Source: Dehalococcoidia bacterium (GTDB taxonomy: Bacteria; Chloroflexota; Dehalococcoidia; UBA2979). From it: a DNA stretch of 64,000 nt. A model generated the notes under the pieces. The model was not told where the DNA came from. It saw only the letters and a list, made by a program, of their open reading frames with translations, and searched no databases. Positions within the stretch are counted from its first letter, which is position 1. Each line of letters opens with the position of its first letter. Below are positions 18,772 through 27,270 of the stretch, in pieces. Where the stretch lies: contig CAXXDN010000002.1 of NCBI GenBank assembly GCA_963667465.2, forward strand, positions 736,001 to 800,000, written 5' to 3'. The translations under genes and the position numbers were made by a program.

Positions 18772-18842
18772 GCGGTCGCCCTTGAGGTGACAACACAGTC
18801 ATTCCAGAGGTGACAGTCAAGAAGCCGCTGTCCAACGCCAAG

Positions 18843-19994
18843 TTACTGGTTGCCGAGGATCAGCGTCGAGGTGCCTGAGAACATGCCGGCCGGCGCGTGG
18901 GTCATGCTCAGCTCGAGGTCGGGGAGCTGGCGCTCGCCGGCCTCGCCGCGCAGCTGTGTCACCGACTCCATGATCGCGAACATGCCGTACATGCCGGTGT
19001 GCGTGTAGGAGAGGCCGCCGCCGTTGGTGTTGACCGGCAGCTCGCCACCGGGTGCGGTGTGCAGCTCCGCGAAGTAGGGGGCGCCCTCGCCCGGCTGCAC
19101 GAAGCCGAGCGCCTCGAGGGCGTAGACCGGCACGTGCGTGAAGGCGTCGTAGAGCATCAGGTGGCGGATCGCCGAGTGGTCGAGGCCGGCCATCGCGAAG
19201 GCGCTCGCGCCGGTCTGCTTCGCGGGCGTCCACTCCGTCATGTCGTCCATGAAGGTGATGGCCTGCTGGGCTGTCGCTTCGCCGCGCCCGAGCAGCCACA
19301 CGGGCGGCTTCGGGAAGTCGTGCGCGCGCTCCTCGCTGACCAGGACCAGGGCGCCTCCGCCGTCGGTGACGAGGCAGCAGTTGAGCAGCCGCAGCGGCCA
19401 GGCGATCAGCCGCGAGTTGAGCACGTCCTCGACGCTGATCGGGTCGCGCATCATCGCCCGCGGGTTGAGCGTTGCCCAGCGTCGCGTCGCGACGGCCACG
19501 GCGGCGAACTGTTCCTCGGTGCTGCCGAAGTGGTGCATGTGCCGCACCTGCGGGATCGAGAACATGCTCGGTGGGCCCCAGCCGCCGAACGGCCGCTCGA
19601 ACTGCCCCTGGATGCTAGCGGGCCCGCCGTCATCCAGCGGCATGCCAACGCGCGAGCGGCCGGACTCGCCGTGCGTGATCAGTGCGGTGTCACAGTAGCC
19701 CGCCTCGATCGCCGCGGCGGCGTGGCCGACGTGCATCAGGAAGGAGCCGCCGCCCACGGCGGTACCGTCCACCCAGCGCGGCTGAATGTGCAGGTAGTCC
19801 GAGATGTGTGCCGGCGTCGCTCCCGCGGTGGCGATGCCGTCGACGTCGTCCTCGGTCAGCCCCGCGTCGGCGAGGGCGAGGCGGGCGGCCTCGGCGTGGA
19901 GCTGGATCATCGAGCGGTCCGGGAGGACGCCGAGCTCCGTCTCCGCGGCGCCGACGATCGCGACCTTGCGGCTGAGGCGGCTGGCGTCAGGCAT
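18843..19994 (-). CDS. Thiolase-like protein (SCP-x/lipid-transfer type)
   Basis: VAIVGAAET, NCCLVTDGGGA, LYDAFT, NTNGGGLSYTHTG. Adjacent to a DUF35 gene. Confidence 0.92.
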   Translation of the reverse strand: MPDASRLSRKVAIVGAAETELGVLPDRSMIQLHAEAARLALADAGLTEDDVDGIATAGATPAHISDYLHIQPRWVDGTAVGGGSFLMHVGHAAAAIEAGYCDTALITHGESGRSRVGMPLDDGGPASIQGQFERPFGGWGPPSMFSIPQVRHMHHFGSTEEQFAAVAVATRRWATLNPRAMMRDPISVEDVLNSRLIAWPLRLLNCCLVTDGGGALVLVSEERAHDFPKPPVWLLGRGEATAQQAITFMDDMTEWTPAKQTGASAFAMAGLDHSAIRHLMLYDAFTHVPVYALEALGFVQPGEGAPYFAELHTAPGGELPVNTNGGGLSYTHTGMYGMFAIMESVTQLRGEAGERQLPDLELSMTHAPAGMFSGTSTLILGNQ

Positions 19995-20007
19995 ACCCGG
20001 TTCCTCG

Positions 20008-20427
20008 CTAGCCTCGCGCCGGCCGGAACTTGGCCAGCGTCACCTCGTCGGTAACGTCGTCGTAGACGATCTCGAGCGGCATGTCGACGGGCAGCGCTTC
20101 GGGCACGGGCTCCACCTCGACGAGGTTGGTCATCATGCGTGGCCCCTCATCCAGCTCGACGACGGCGATCACGTAGGGCGTCTCGCCGGCGAAGCCCCCG
20201 AAGCCGCGATGCGAGATGACGTAGGTGTGGAGCTTCGCGCGGCCGGAGACGGTCTCCCACTGCACGTTGCCGGAGCGGCAGCCAGCGTGCGGACAGAAGG
20301 GGCGGGGAAAGAAGTAGAAGCGGTCGCAGTCGAGGCAGCGCTGGATGCGCAGCTCATGCCGCTTCAGGCCGTCCCAGAACTCCTGCGTCTCGGGCGTCGG
20401 CTCGGGGAGAGGCTTGTCGTACGCCAT
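20008..20427 (-). CDS. DUF35 Zn-ribbon/OB-fold protein (thiolase partner)
   Basis: FWDGL...IQRCLDC...FPRPFCP...C, VELDEGPRMMTN. Confidence 0.93.
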   Translation of the reverse strand: MAYDKPLPEPTPETQEFWDGLKRHELRIQRCLDCDRFYFFPRPFCPHAGCRSGNVQWETVSGRAKLHTYVISHRGFGGFAGETPYVIAVVELDEGPRMMTNLVEVEPVPEALPVDMPLEIVYDDVTDEVTLAKFRPARG

Positions 20428-20445
20428 CGGCTCCGCCGCGCCCGG

Positions 20446-20991
20446 TCAGTCCCCGAGGACCGTGTCGTAGCCGAGGGAGCGGATCTCCTCGACGTACTCG
20501 GCGCGCCAGCCGGCGGCCGGAATGCGGCGCTTCAGCTCGCGAAACTCGCGGTGGTAGCGCAGGTACTCCTCTTCGAGCCGCCGCCGCCACTCCGCTTCCT
20601 CGCGGTAGGCGTCCGGGTCGACCTCCTCGAGGCGGCGGTCGAAGCTCTCCTCGTCGAGGTCGAACTCGTCACGCCAGTACTCGGCGAGGTAGTCGAGCGT
20701 GTCTTCGAGGTCGCGGCGGCAGTCGAGCATGTACGTCTCGAGCAACTGGCCGGCGTCGGCGGTGGAGCCGCGCAGCCGCTCCGAGCGTGCGCAGTCCTGG
20801 CAGAGGGTGACGAGCTTGCGCGCCTCGCAGGCCTCGCCACGCGGGCAGTTGCGGTGGCGCGGCGCGTAGGGCGAGAGCTCGGGTTTGCGGGAGTAGCCGG
20901 CGACGAGTGCCTCGAAATCGGTCTGGCAGCGCGGGCAGGTCAGCCGCCGCGCGAAGATCTGGTTGATCGCCTCTTCCCAGTTGATGCGCAC
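20446..20991 (-). CDS. Hypothetical Cys-rich (putative Zn-binding) protein
   Basis: CPRC, HRNCPRGEAC, CQDC followed by acidic/charged helices; GGAGAGG RBS. Confidence 0.75.
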   Translation of the reverse strand: MRINWEEAINQIFARRLTCPRCQTDFEALVAGYSRKPELSPYAPRHRNCPRGEACEARKLVTLCQDCARSERLRGSTADAGQLLETYMLDCRRDLEDTLDYLAEYWRDEFDLDEESFDRRLEEVDPDAYREEAEWRRRLEEEYLRYHREFRELKRRIPAAGWRAEYVEEIRSLGYDTVLGD

Positions 20992-21078
20992 CGCTCACCT
21001 CTCCGCACGGCCGGGCTGCCTCGATGGTACGCACGGCCCGGGCACTGTCAACGCGGTGGCGTCACAGGATTGGTGACG

Positions 21079-21585
21079 TTACCGGGCCGCCAACTCGCGT
21101 TCGTAGCTGCCGGACTGGCCCGGCAGCTCCCCCACCTCGACGGCGATGCGGGTGAGGTTGTCCGGGCCCTCGGCGGCGAGGGCGGCGACGACGCGTTCGC
21201 AGAGCCACTGCGCCAGCAGTTCGGCGGTGCTGTTCTCGATCGGCAGCACGGCGACGTCGGTGGCGGGAAAGCGATACTCGCGCTCGCCGAAGCGGATGAC
21301 CCAGGCGTCCGCCTGCTCCTCGATGTCGAGCAGTTGCGAGTCGCGCTGGAGCAGGAAGCGGTGATCGAGGCGTTCGCAGGCCTCGCGCACGAGGCCCTTG
21401 AGCACGCTGAAGTCGATCACCCAGTGGTCAGCCGTGAGCGCGCCCTCGACACGGCAGCGCACGATGTAGTTGTGGCCGTGCAGCGGCTCCAGCTCGTCGC
21501 CGAGCGTTGCCATGTGCGCCGCGGCGAACCGCAGCCGCACGCCCTCGACGGTGACCGCGCGCCGCTCGGCGTCTGCTTCGCTCAT
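21079..21585 (-). CDS. 6-pyruvoyltetrahydropterin synthase family (COG0720), PTPS-III signature
   Basis: FAAAH, EPLHGHNY, DF..LK, LDHRFL, STAELLA; no Cys before HGH. Confidence 0.85.
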   Translation of the reverse strand: MSEADAERRAVTVEGVRLRFAAAHMATLGDELEPLHGHNYIVRCRVEGALTADHWVIDFSVLKGLVREACERLDHRFLLQRDSQLLDIEEQADAWVIRFGEREYRFPATDVAVLPIENSTAELLAQWLCERVVAALAAEGPDNLTRIAVEVGELPGQSGSYERELAAR

Positions 21586-21675
21586 CGCGCCCTACCGGCC
21601 GTCCGGGCAGTCCGCCCAACGAACGAGGGCAGCCGCGTGGCTGCCCTCGTCATGCTCATCACTCGCCGCGTCTGC

Positions 21676-22548
21676 TCAGACGGCGACCATGTCCAGCAAC
21701 TGGTCGACGCTGCGCGTCTTCACGCGCAAGCGCTCCTTCGCCTCCACCAGGCGCTCGTGCATCGGCACGCTCTCGCTCGCGCGGTGCAGTAGCCCGATCG
21801 GGATGCCGTCCTCCCGCACGAGGTCGAGCGCGGCTGCGAGGTTGCCCGGGTCGTGGCTCTCCGGGATCTCCCAGGCGCCGGGGTCGATGCCCTTGGCCGG
21901 GTTGCCCTTCAGTGCCTCGTACGTGTCGTTGTAGGTGGTGCAGGGCGACTGCACGTGGACAATCGAGAAGCCCGGGTAGTCCATCGCCTCGCCGATCTGC
22001 CGAGCCAGCACGCGCGGCTGCGTCGAGATCGCGGAGACGATGAACGGCACGCCGTACGAGAGGTACAGCAGCAGCGGGTTCACGGGGTTGTCGAGCTTGC
22101 CGTAGGGCGTGGTCGGCGTGATCTGGCCGAACTCCGTGGTCGGCGAGGCCTGGCCCTTGGTCAGCCCGTAGACGCCGTTGTCCATGATGATGCAGGTCAC
22201 ATCGAGGTTGCGCTTCGCCGCGGGGGCGATGTGCTCGCCGCCGATGCTGAGGAAGTCGCCGTCACCGGCGACGACCACGACGTTGAGGTCCGGCCGCGCC
22301 GACTTCACGCCGAGCGCGATCGGCAGCGTGCGGCCGTGAATGCCGTGGATGCCGAATGGCTGCGGGCCCTCCTGCAGGTGCACGAGGTTCCCCGAGCAGC
22401 CGATGCCGGCGACCATAACGGTCTCCTCGATCGGCCGGTTCGCCGTGTTGACCCACTCGGCGAGGGAGAGCTCGACGGCGCGCACCACCGCGAAGTCCCC
22501 GCAGCCCGGGCACCACTTGAAGTCGTAGTCGGGATTGCGCTTGGTCAT
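21676..22548 (-). CDS. 2-oxoacid:ferredoxin oxidoreductase beta subunit
   Basis: WCPGCGDF, GIGCSG, HGRTLP, GDGD, DNGVYGLTKGQASPT, SPCTTYN. The ATG at 22548 overlaps the alpha-subunit stop. Confidence 0.95.
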   Translation of the reverse strand: MTKRNPDYDFKWCPGCGDFAVVRAVELSLAEWVNTANRPIEETVMVAGIGCSGNLVHLQEGPQPFGIHGIHGRTLPIALGVKSARPDLNVVVVAGDGDFLSIGGEHIAPAAKRNLDVTCIIMDNGVYGLTKGQASPTTEFGQITPTTPYGKLDNPVNPLLLYLSYGVPFIVSAISTQPRVLARQIGEAMDYPGFSIVHVQSPCTTYNDTYEALKGNPAKGIDPGAWEIPESHDPGNLAAALDLVREDGIPIGLLHRASESVPMHERLVEAKERLRVKTRSVDQLLDMVAV

Positions 22549-24251
22549 ACCTGAGCCAGCCTTCCGGCGCCGCAGCGCTCCTGGACTCGTTCCACTAGGT
22601 CCTTCACCTTGAACGGCAACCCGGTGAACTGCGTGAGCGACTCCGCAGAGACGCCGAGCTGCCGCAAGATACTCGAGAACTGCCCGAGGTAGTTGAGCTC
22701 CGGCACCAGCACCAGCTCCTTGCTCCGCAGGTGCTCGAGCAGCGGCGGGGGCAGCGGGTTGAGGTACATCGTGTAGCTCCAGCCGATGTCCACGCCCGCC
22801 GCGCGCAGCTCCTCGTAGGCCGCGCGCGCCGCGCCCTTCGAGCCACCCCACGGCATCAGCACCACGGGGGCGTCCGTGTTCTCCGCCTCGTAGTCGCCGT
22901 CCTCGAGGACCTTGAGCTTGTTGAAGCGCCGCGCCGTCATCGTCGGGTGCGTGTCCGGCTGGTGGACGGTGTCGCCCTGCTCGTCGTGCTCCGAGGCGTT
23001 GGCGACGTAGGCGCCGGCCCCGCCGGGCACGGGGAAGGGCGTCACCCCGTCTCCCGCGTAGCGGCGGTTGCCCACCTCGCCCTGGGAGACGACGCGCTGC
23101 TCGACCATCGCGGTCGCGGGGTCGGGGCGCGGGATGTCCTGTGCGCGCTCGGCGAGTTGCATCTCGCTCAGCACGATCACCGGGCCCTGGTACCGCTCGG
23201 CCCAGTTGAGGCCCATGATGCCGGCCGTCCAGCACTCCTCGACGGTGCCGGGCGCGATCACCGGCAGCCGCAAGTCGCCGTGGCCGGGGTTGAGGCAGGC
23301 GAGCAGGTCGGACTGCTCCGTCTTCGTCGGCAAGCCGGTCGCCGGACCGCCACGCTGCACGTCGACCACCACACAGGGGATCTCCGCCATCCAGGCGAAG
23401 CCGAGGCCCTCGCCCATCAGGCTGAGACCCGGACCGGCCGTCGAGGTCATCGCCTTCCTGCCGGCGTAGCCCGCGCCGATGATCGTCGAGATCGACTCGA
23501 TCTCCGAACTCGCCTGGACGACCGCCTTGCCCTCGCCGGTGAGGTGGTCCTCCATGAAGACCAGGATCGTCGTCGCCGGTGAGATCGGGTAGCCGACGAA
23601 GATGTCGAGGCCCGAGGTGATCGCCCCGAGCGAGAGCAGGTCGTTGCCCTTGATCACCACGCGCGGGCCGCTCTCGGCCGGCGGGGTGTCGAGGTCGGAG
23701 ACCTTGAAGCCTGCCCGCTCGATCTCCTGCACGCCGAGCTTCAGCGCTTCGATGTTGGCGTCGATGATCTGTTGGTCGTTGTCGCGCCCTCGGGTGAAGC
23801 GCTCGCGGATGAAGTCCTCGAAATACTCGGCCGGCATCCCGCCAAGCGCGGCGACTGCGCCGATCACGACCATGTTGGCCGCGCGCGGGTTGCCAGTGGA
23901 GCGCGCCAGCTCGTCGACCGCGATGCCAACGGCGCTACCGTTGGACTCCAGCTCGAAGTCCTCGGCGTTGTAGACCAGCACGCCACCGTCGCGCAGCTCG
24001 GAGACGTGGCTCTCGTAGGCCTCGCGGTTGAGCACCACGAGGATGTCGAGGGCGTCGCCGTCGTGCTGGATCGGGTTCGTGGAGATGCGGGTCTGCGCCC
24101 AGGTGGGGCCGCCCTTGATCTGCGAGGGATAGGTGGAATAGGTCTGCACGTGGTAGCCGACGCGGCCGGCTGCCTGCGCGAGCCCCTCGGCGGCGGTCAC
24201 CTGACCCTGGCCACCTTCACCTGCGAACCGGACGATCAGGTCTGTACTCAT
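22545..24251 (-). CDS. 2-oxoacid:acceptor oxidoreductase alpha subunit (with fused gamma domain)
   Basis: FAGEGGQG, YPSQIKGG, GYPISPAT, TSTAGPGLSLM, QRGGPATGLPTKTEQSD, PELNYLGQ. ATG at 24251. Confidence 0.95.
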   Translation of the reverse strand: MSTDLIVRFAGEGGQGQVTAAEGLAQAAGRVGYHVQTYSTYPSQIKGGPTWAQTRISTNPIQHDGDALDILVVLNREAYESHVSELRDGGVLVYNAEDFELESNGSAVGIAVDELARSTGNPRAANMVVIGAVAALGGMPAEYFEDFIRERFTRGRDNDQQIIDANIEALKLGVQEIERAGFKVSDLDTPPAESGPRVVIKGNDLLSLGAITSGLDIFVGYPISPATTILVFMEDHLTGEGKAVVQASSEIESISTIIGAGYAGRKAMTSTAGPGLSLMGEGLGFAWMAEIPCVVVDVQRGGPATGLPTKTEQSDLLACLNPGHGDLRLPVIAPGTVEECWTAGIMGLNWAERYQGPVIVLSEMQLAERAQDIPRPDPATAMVEQRVVSQGEVGNRRYAGDGVTPFPVPGGAGAYVANASEHDEQGDTVHQPDTHPTMTARRFNKLKVLEDGDYEAENTDAPVVLMPWGGSKGAARAAYEELRAAGVDIGWSYTMYLNPLPPPLLEHLRSKELVLVPELNYLGQFSSILRQLGVSAESLTQFTGLPFKVKDLVERVQERCGAGRLAQV

Positions 24252-24604
24252 CTGTCCCTTACCCCGGAACCGCGCCTGCGAGGTCGCCGATCGAGCCGAA
24301 CGGGGAGCCATGGCCGCCAAGCGCGCGCGACCATACACGGATCGGTAACGCCGATCCGGCGACCACCTCGCGTGGAGATCTACGGCTTGTCATCGGGAGT
24401 GCCGTCATCGGAGCGCCCGGCCTCGCGACTGTCCTGGGGAGGTTCCCGCTGCATCGCAAGTGCGATGCCTCTTGGCAAGCAGTATCGGGCGCGGATACGG
24501 CTACGTTCAACTATCAACACCCACATTCGCCCGCCGCGCCAGCGGGACACGCCCCGGCAACAAAAGTAATGGCGTCCGCAGCCCCTCGAGCCGAGCGCGT
24601 TGCC

Positions 24605-24736
24605 TCAGGAGCGCGGCAGGCCGAGGCCGCTGTACCGCGTGTCATCGCGCAGCTTCGCCGGTACGTGTGCGTCGATCTACGCGGAGACCTCGCGCCGCCA
24701 GACCGCCTGTTCCGGGCTGCCCGCGAAGTTGACCAG
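24605..24736 (-). pseudogene. Remnant of an acyl-CoA dehydrogenase N-terminus
   Basis: After a GAGGAGG RBS the frame reads VNFAGSPEQAVWRREVSA*IDAHVPAKLR, with an in-frame TAG (24677-24679) where Trp is usual. Confidence 0.45.
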
Positions 24737-24941
24737 CGTGTCCTCCTCGGGGTGCGGACCGCCGTCCACGCATGCATAACGCTCGTAGGCGCGCCGCGCG
24801 GAGGGTAGACCGCGGTGCTGCTGCTCGCACAGGCCCCGCTGATGTTACATAACGCGTCCCGGGGAACCGCTGCCCTTATCGGGACGCCTTCGTATGATGG
24901 CCGTCGCGGGGTGCGTGGCGGACATCGGGAGAGGGGACAGC

Positions 24942-25193
24942 GTGGTCAAGGCGTATGTGCTGATCGTCACGGACCCCGGGAGCACGCGGCACGTCACGGC
25001 CACGCTCGCGGCGTTGCCTCGCATCCACTCCGTCAGCGAGGTGATGGGGCCGTACGACGTCGTCGCCGAGATCGTGACCGAGAGCCTGACGGACATCCCG
25101 CCGATCCTCTCCGGCGAGATCCGCACCATCGATGGCATCCAGTCCACGACCTCGCTCGTCGCCTTCCCAAGCGACAACCCACAGGGCGGCTAG
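24942..25193 (+). CDS. Stand-alone Lrp/AsnC ligand-binding domain protein
   Basis: KAYVLI...VMGPYDVVA...IRTIDGIQSTTS; no HTH. Confidence 0.88.
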   Translation: MVKAYVLIVTDPGSTRHVTATLAALPRIHSVSEVMGPYDVVAEIVTESLTDIPPILSGEIRTIDGIQSTTSLVAFPSDNPQGG

Positions 25194-25194
25194 C

Positions 25195-26230
25195 TGTTCT
25201 TCCCACGAACGTTGTTTACAGGCGTGAGGCGGGGACAGCCCCGCCGATGCCGCCGTGTGGCCGGCGAGCATTGTAGCGGTAGAGCCAGCGCGGGAGCTGG
25301 TGCAACCGCTCGGCGTTGGAGCGGTAGGGGCGGGCGTAGGCCCACTCGTTCTGCAGGATCTGGATGAAGCGCTCGGCCTTCCCGTTCGTTTGCGGGCGGT
25401 AGGGCCGGGTGTGACGCAGTTCCACTCCTGCGGCGGCGGCCACGCCGCGGAAGTCGCCGGAGACGGTGTACGCCTTCGCGTTGTCGGTGAGCACGCCGCG
25501 CACGCGCACGCCGCGGCGGCCGAACGCGGCGAGCGCCTGCTTGAGGAAGGCGGCGCAGCTCGCGCCGCGCTCGTCGGGCAGCACGGCGACGTAGGCGTAG
25601 CGGCTGTGGTCGTCGACGGCGACGTGGAGGTAGTCGAGGCCGCGCGTGCGCGGGGTCGCCGCGGAGCGGCCACGGACGCGGTGTCCGCCGCCCTCGGGGA
25701 TGCGGCCCAGCTTTTTCACGTCGATGTGCAGCAGGTCGCCGGGGGCAGGGTGCTCGTAGCGCAGCTTCTGCCTGCTCACGCGGTGCAGGCGGTCGAGACG
25801 GTTGAGACCGAAGCGGCGGAGCACGGCGTAGGCGGTGGAGCGGGCGATCCCGAGCGCCCAGGCGATGCGGTGCGGCCCGAACCCCTGGCTGCGGCGCACC
25901 GCGCAGATGCGGGACTCCAGCTGCGGCGAGGTGCGGCGCGGATTCGAGCGCGGAGCGGAGGTGCGGTCCTCGAGTCCGGCCGCGCCCTCCTCGTGGTAGC
26001 GGCGCCACCACTTGCCGACCGTCGCACGAGAAACCCGGAAGCGCCGCGCAACCTCCGCCTGCGACCAGCTGGCCTCGACCTCCAGAACCATCTCCAGCCG
26101 GGTGGCCGGAGTCAGACGCGCGTTAGGATGTGCCACGAGAGGCTCCTCTCCTGCTACTGGTGCGTTCTTCAGACACACACACAGCAGCAGGCGGGGCCCC
26201 TCACCTGCAACAACCTACGTGGGAACTACA
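25195..26230 (-). mobile_element. IS481-family insertion sequence, copy 2 (1036 bp)
   Basis: TGT...ACA ends and a perfect 6-bp target duplication GCTAGC (25189-25194 and 26231-26236). Confidence 0.96.
25216..26136 (-). CDS. IS481-family DDE transposase
   Basis: Identical to the copy 1 protein except DNAKAY versus DNAQAY. Confidence 0.95.
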   Translation of the reverse strand: MAHPNARLTPATRLEMVLEVEASWSQAEVARRFRVSRATVGKWWRRYHEEGAAGLEDRTSAPRSNPRRTSPQLESRICAVRRSQGFGPHRIAWALGIARSTAYAVLRRFGLNRLDRLHRVSRQKLRYEHPAPGDLLHIDVKKLGRIPEGGGHRVRGRSAATPRTRGLDYLHVAVDDHSRYAYVAVLPDERGASCAAFLKQALAAFGRRGVRVRGVLTDNAKAYTVSGDFRGVAAAAGVELRHTRPYRPQTNGKAERFIQILQNEWAYARPYRSNAERLHQLPRWLYRYNARRPHGGIGGAVPASRL

Positions 26231-26265
26231 GCTAGCGGGCGCGCTCTCCCGGAAGGAGGCGGGCG

Positions 26266-26748
26266 ATGGCGATCACCCTCGAGGCCGGCGACCGCGCGCC
26301 GGCGTTCACGCTGCCGGACCAGGACGGCGAGACGCACCGCCTGAAGGACTACCGCGGGCAGACAGTGGTGCTCTACTTCTACCCGCGGGACTTCACGCCG
26401 GGCTGCACGACGCAGGCCTGCTCCTTCCGCGACACGAACGACGCGATCGCCGCCGAGGGCGCCGTGATCCTCGGCGTCTCGACCGACGACGGAGAGACGC
26501 ATCAGCGCTTCCGCGAGGAGCACGGCCTACGCTTCCCGTTGCTCTCCGACGAGGGCGCGAAGGTATCGACGCGCTACGGCTCGTGGGGAGAGAAGACGCT
26601 CTACGGCCGCAAGAGCATCGGGATGACGCGATCGACCTTCATCGTTGGCCCCGACGGCAAGCTGGCGCGCGTCTGGAAGCGCGCGCGTGCCGCCGACCAC
26701 GGTCAGACGGTCCTCAAGGCGCTGCGCGACCTCGCCGCTCGTGCGTAG
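26266..26748 (+). CDS. bcp: Thioredoxin-dependent thiol peroxidase (BCP/PrxQ)
   Basis: VLYFYPRDFTPGCTTQAC, GVSTD, FPLLSD, RSTFIV; AAGGAGG RBS. Confidence 0.95.
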   Translation: MAITLEAGDRAPAFTLPDQDGETHRLKDYRGQTVVLYFYPRDFTPGCTTQACSFRDTNDAIAAEGAVILGVSTDDGETHQRFREEHGLRFPLLSDEGAKVSTRYGSWGEKTLYGRKSIGMTRSTFIVGPDGKLARVWKRARAADHGQTVLKALRDLAARA

Positions 26749-27002
26749 TCGCGCGGGGACTCCGTAAGTTACATAACTCTGGATCATGCCGATCTTTGCT
26801 GCACGTGGTCAGCCGGGACCCGCGGCGCGTCCAGTGCGCCTGGCCAGCGCAGCACCGGCGCAGACAGCCCCCGAGTCGGCCCGGCCTCCGTCGCCCCCTC
26901 GGATCGAGGAAGCTCCACGTCCGGCGCCGCGAGCCCGAGAAGCTGAAACAGCTTCCGCATGGTTCTCGAGTCGGGCGCGCGCGCACGACTCCTCGCTGCG
27001 TC

Positions 27003-27047
27003 GACGCGCCCATCTCGGATGCGCCCATCTCGGATGCGCCGGTCTCG
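27003..27047 (+). repeat. Three imperfect 15-bp tandem repeats
   Basis: GACGCGCCCATCTCG GATGCGCCCATCTCG GATGCGCCGGTCTCG. Confidence 0.8.
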
Positions 27048-27270
27048 CACGAGGGTCCGCGGGGTGAATCCCATGCAGGTGCGGTGATCGCCGCTGGGCC
27101 AGGCTACTTTACTTCGCCCTATCTTTCTTATGTTTGCGATTGCCTCTGGGCCAAGGGGTTCCGTGGTCGGTTCTCGCGGGCATCGAGGGCCGCGGTTTAG
27201 GTCGGCGATACACAGCACGGTGGTAGACTTGATTTGTCTGCCGAAGCTGGCATCAGCACAAGGAGCCGGC

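Noticed and set aside
21079-21585. queD (queuosine biosynthesis)
   Set aside because: It lacks the catalytic Cys of C-x3-HGH, and no que genes are nearby.
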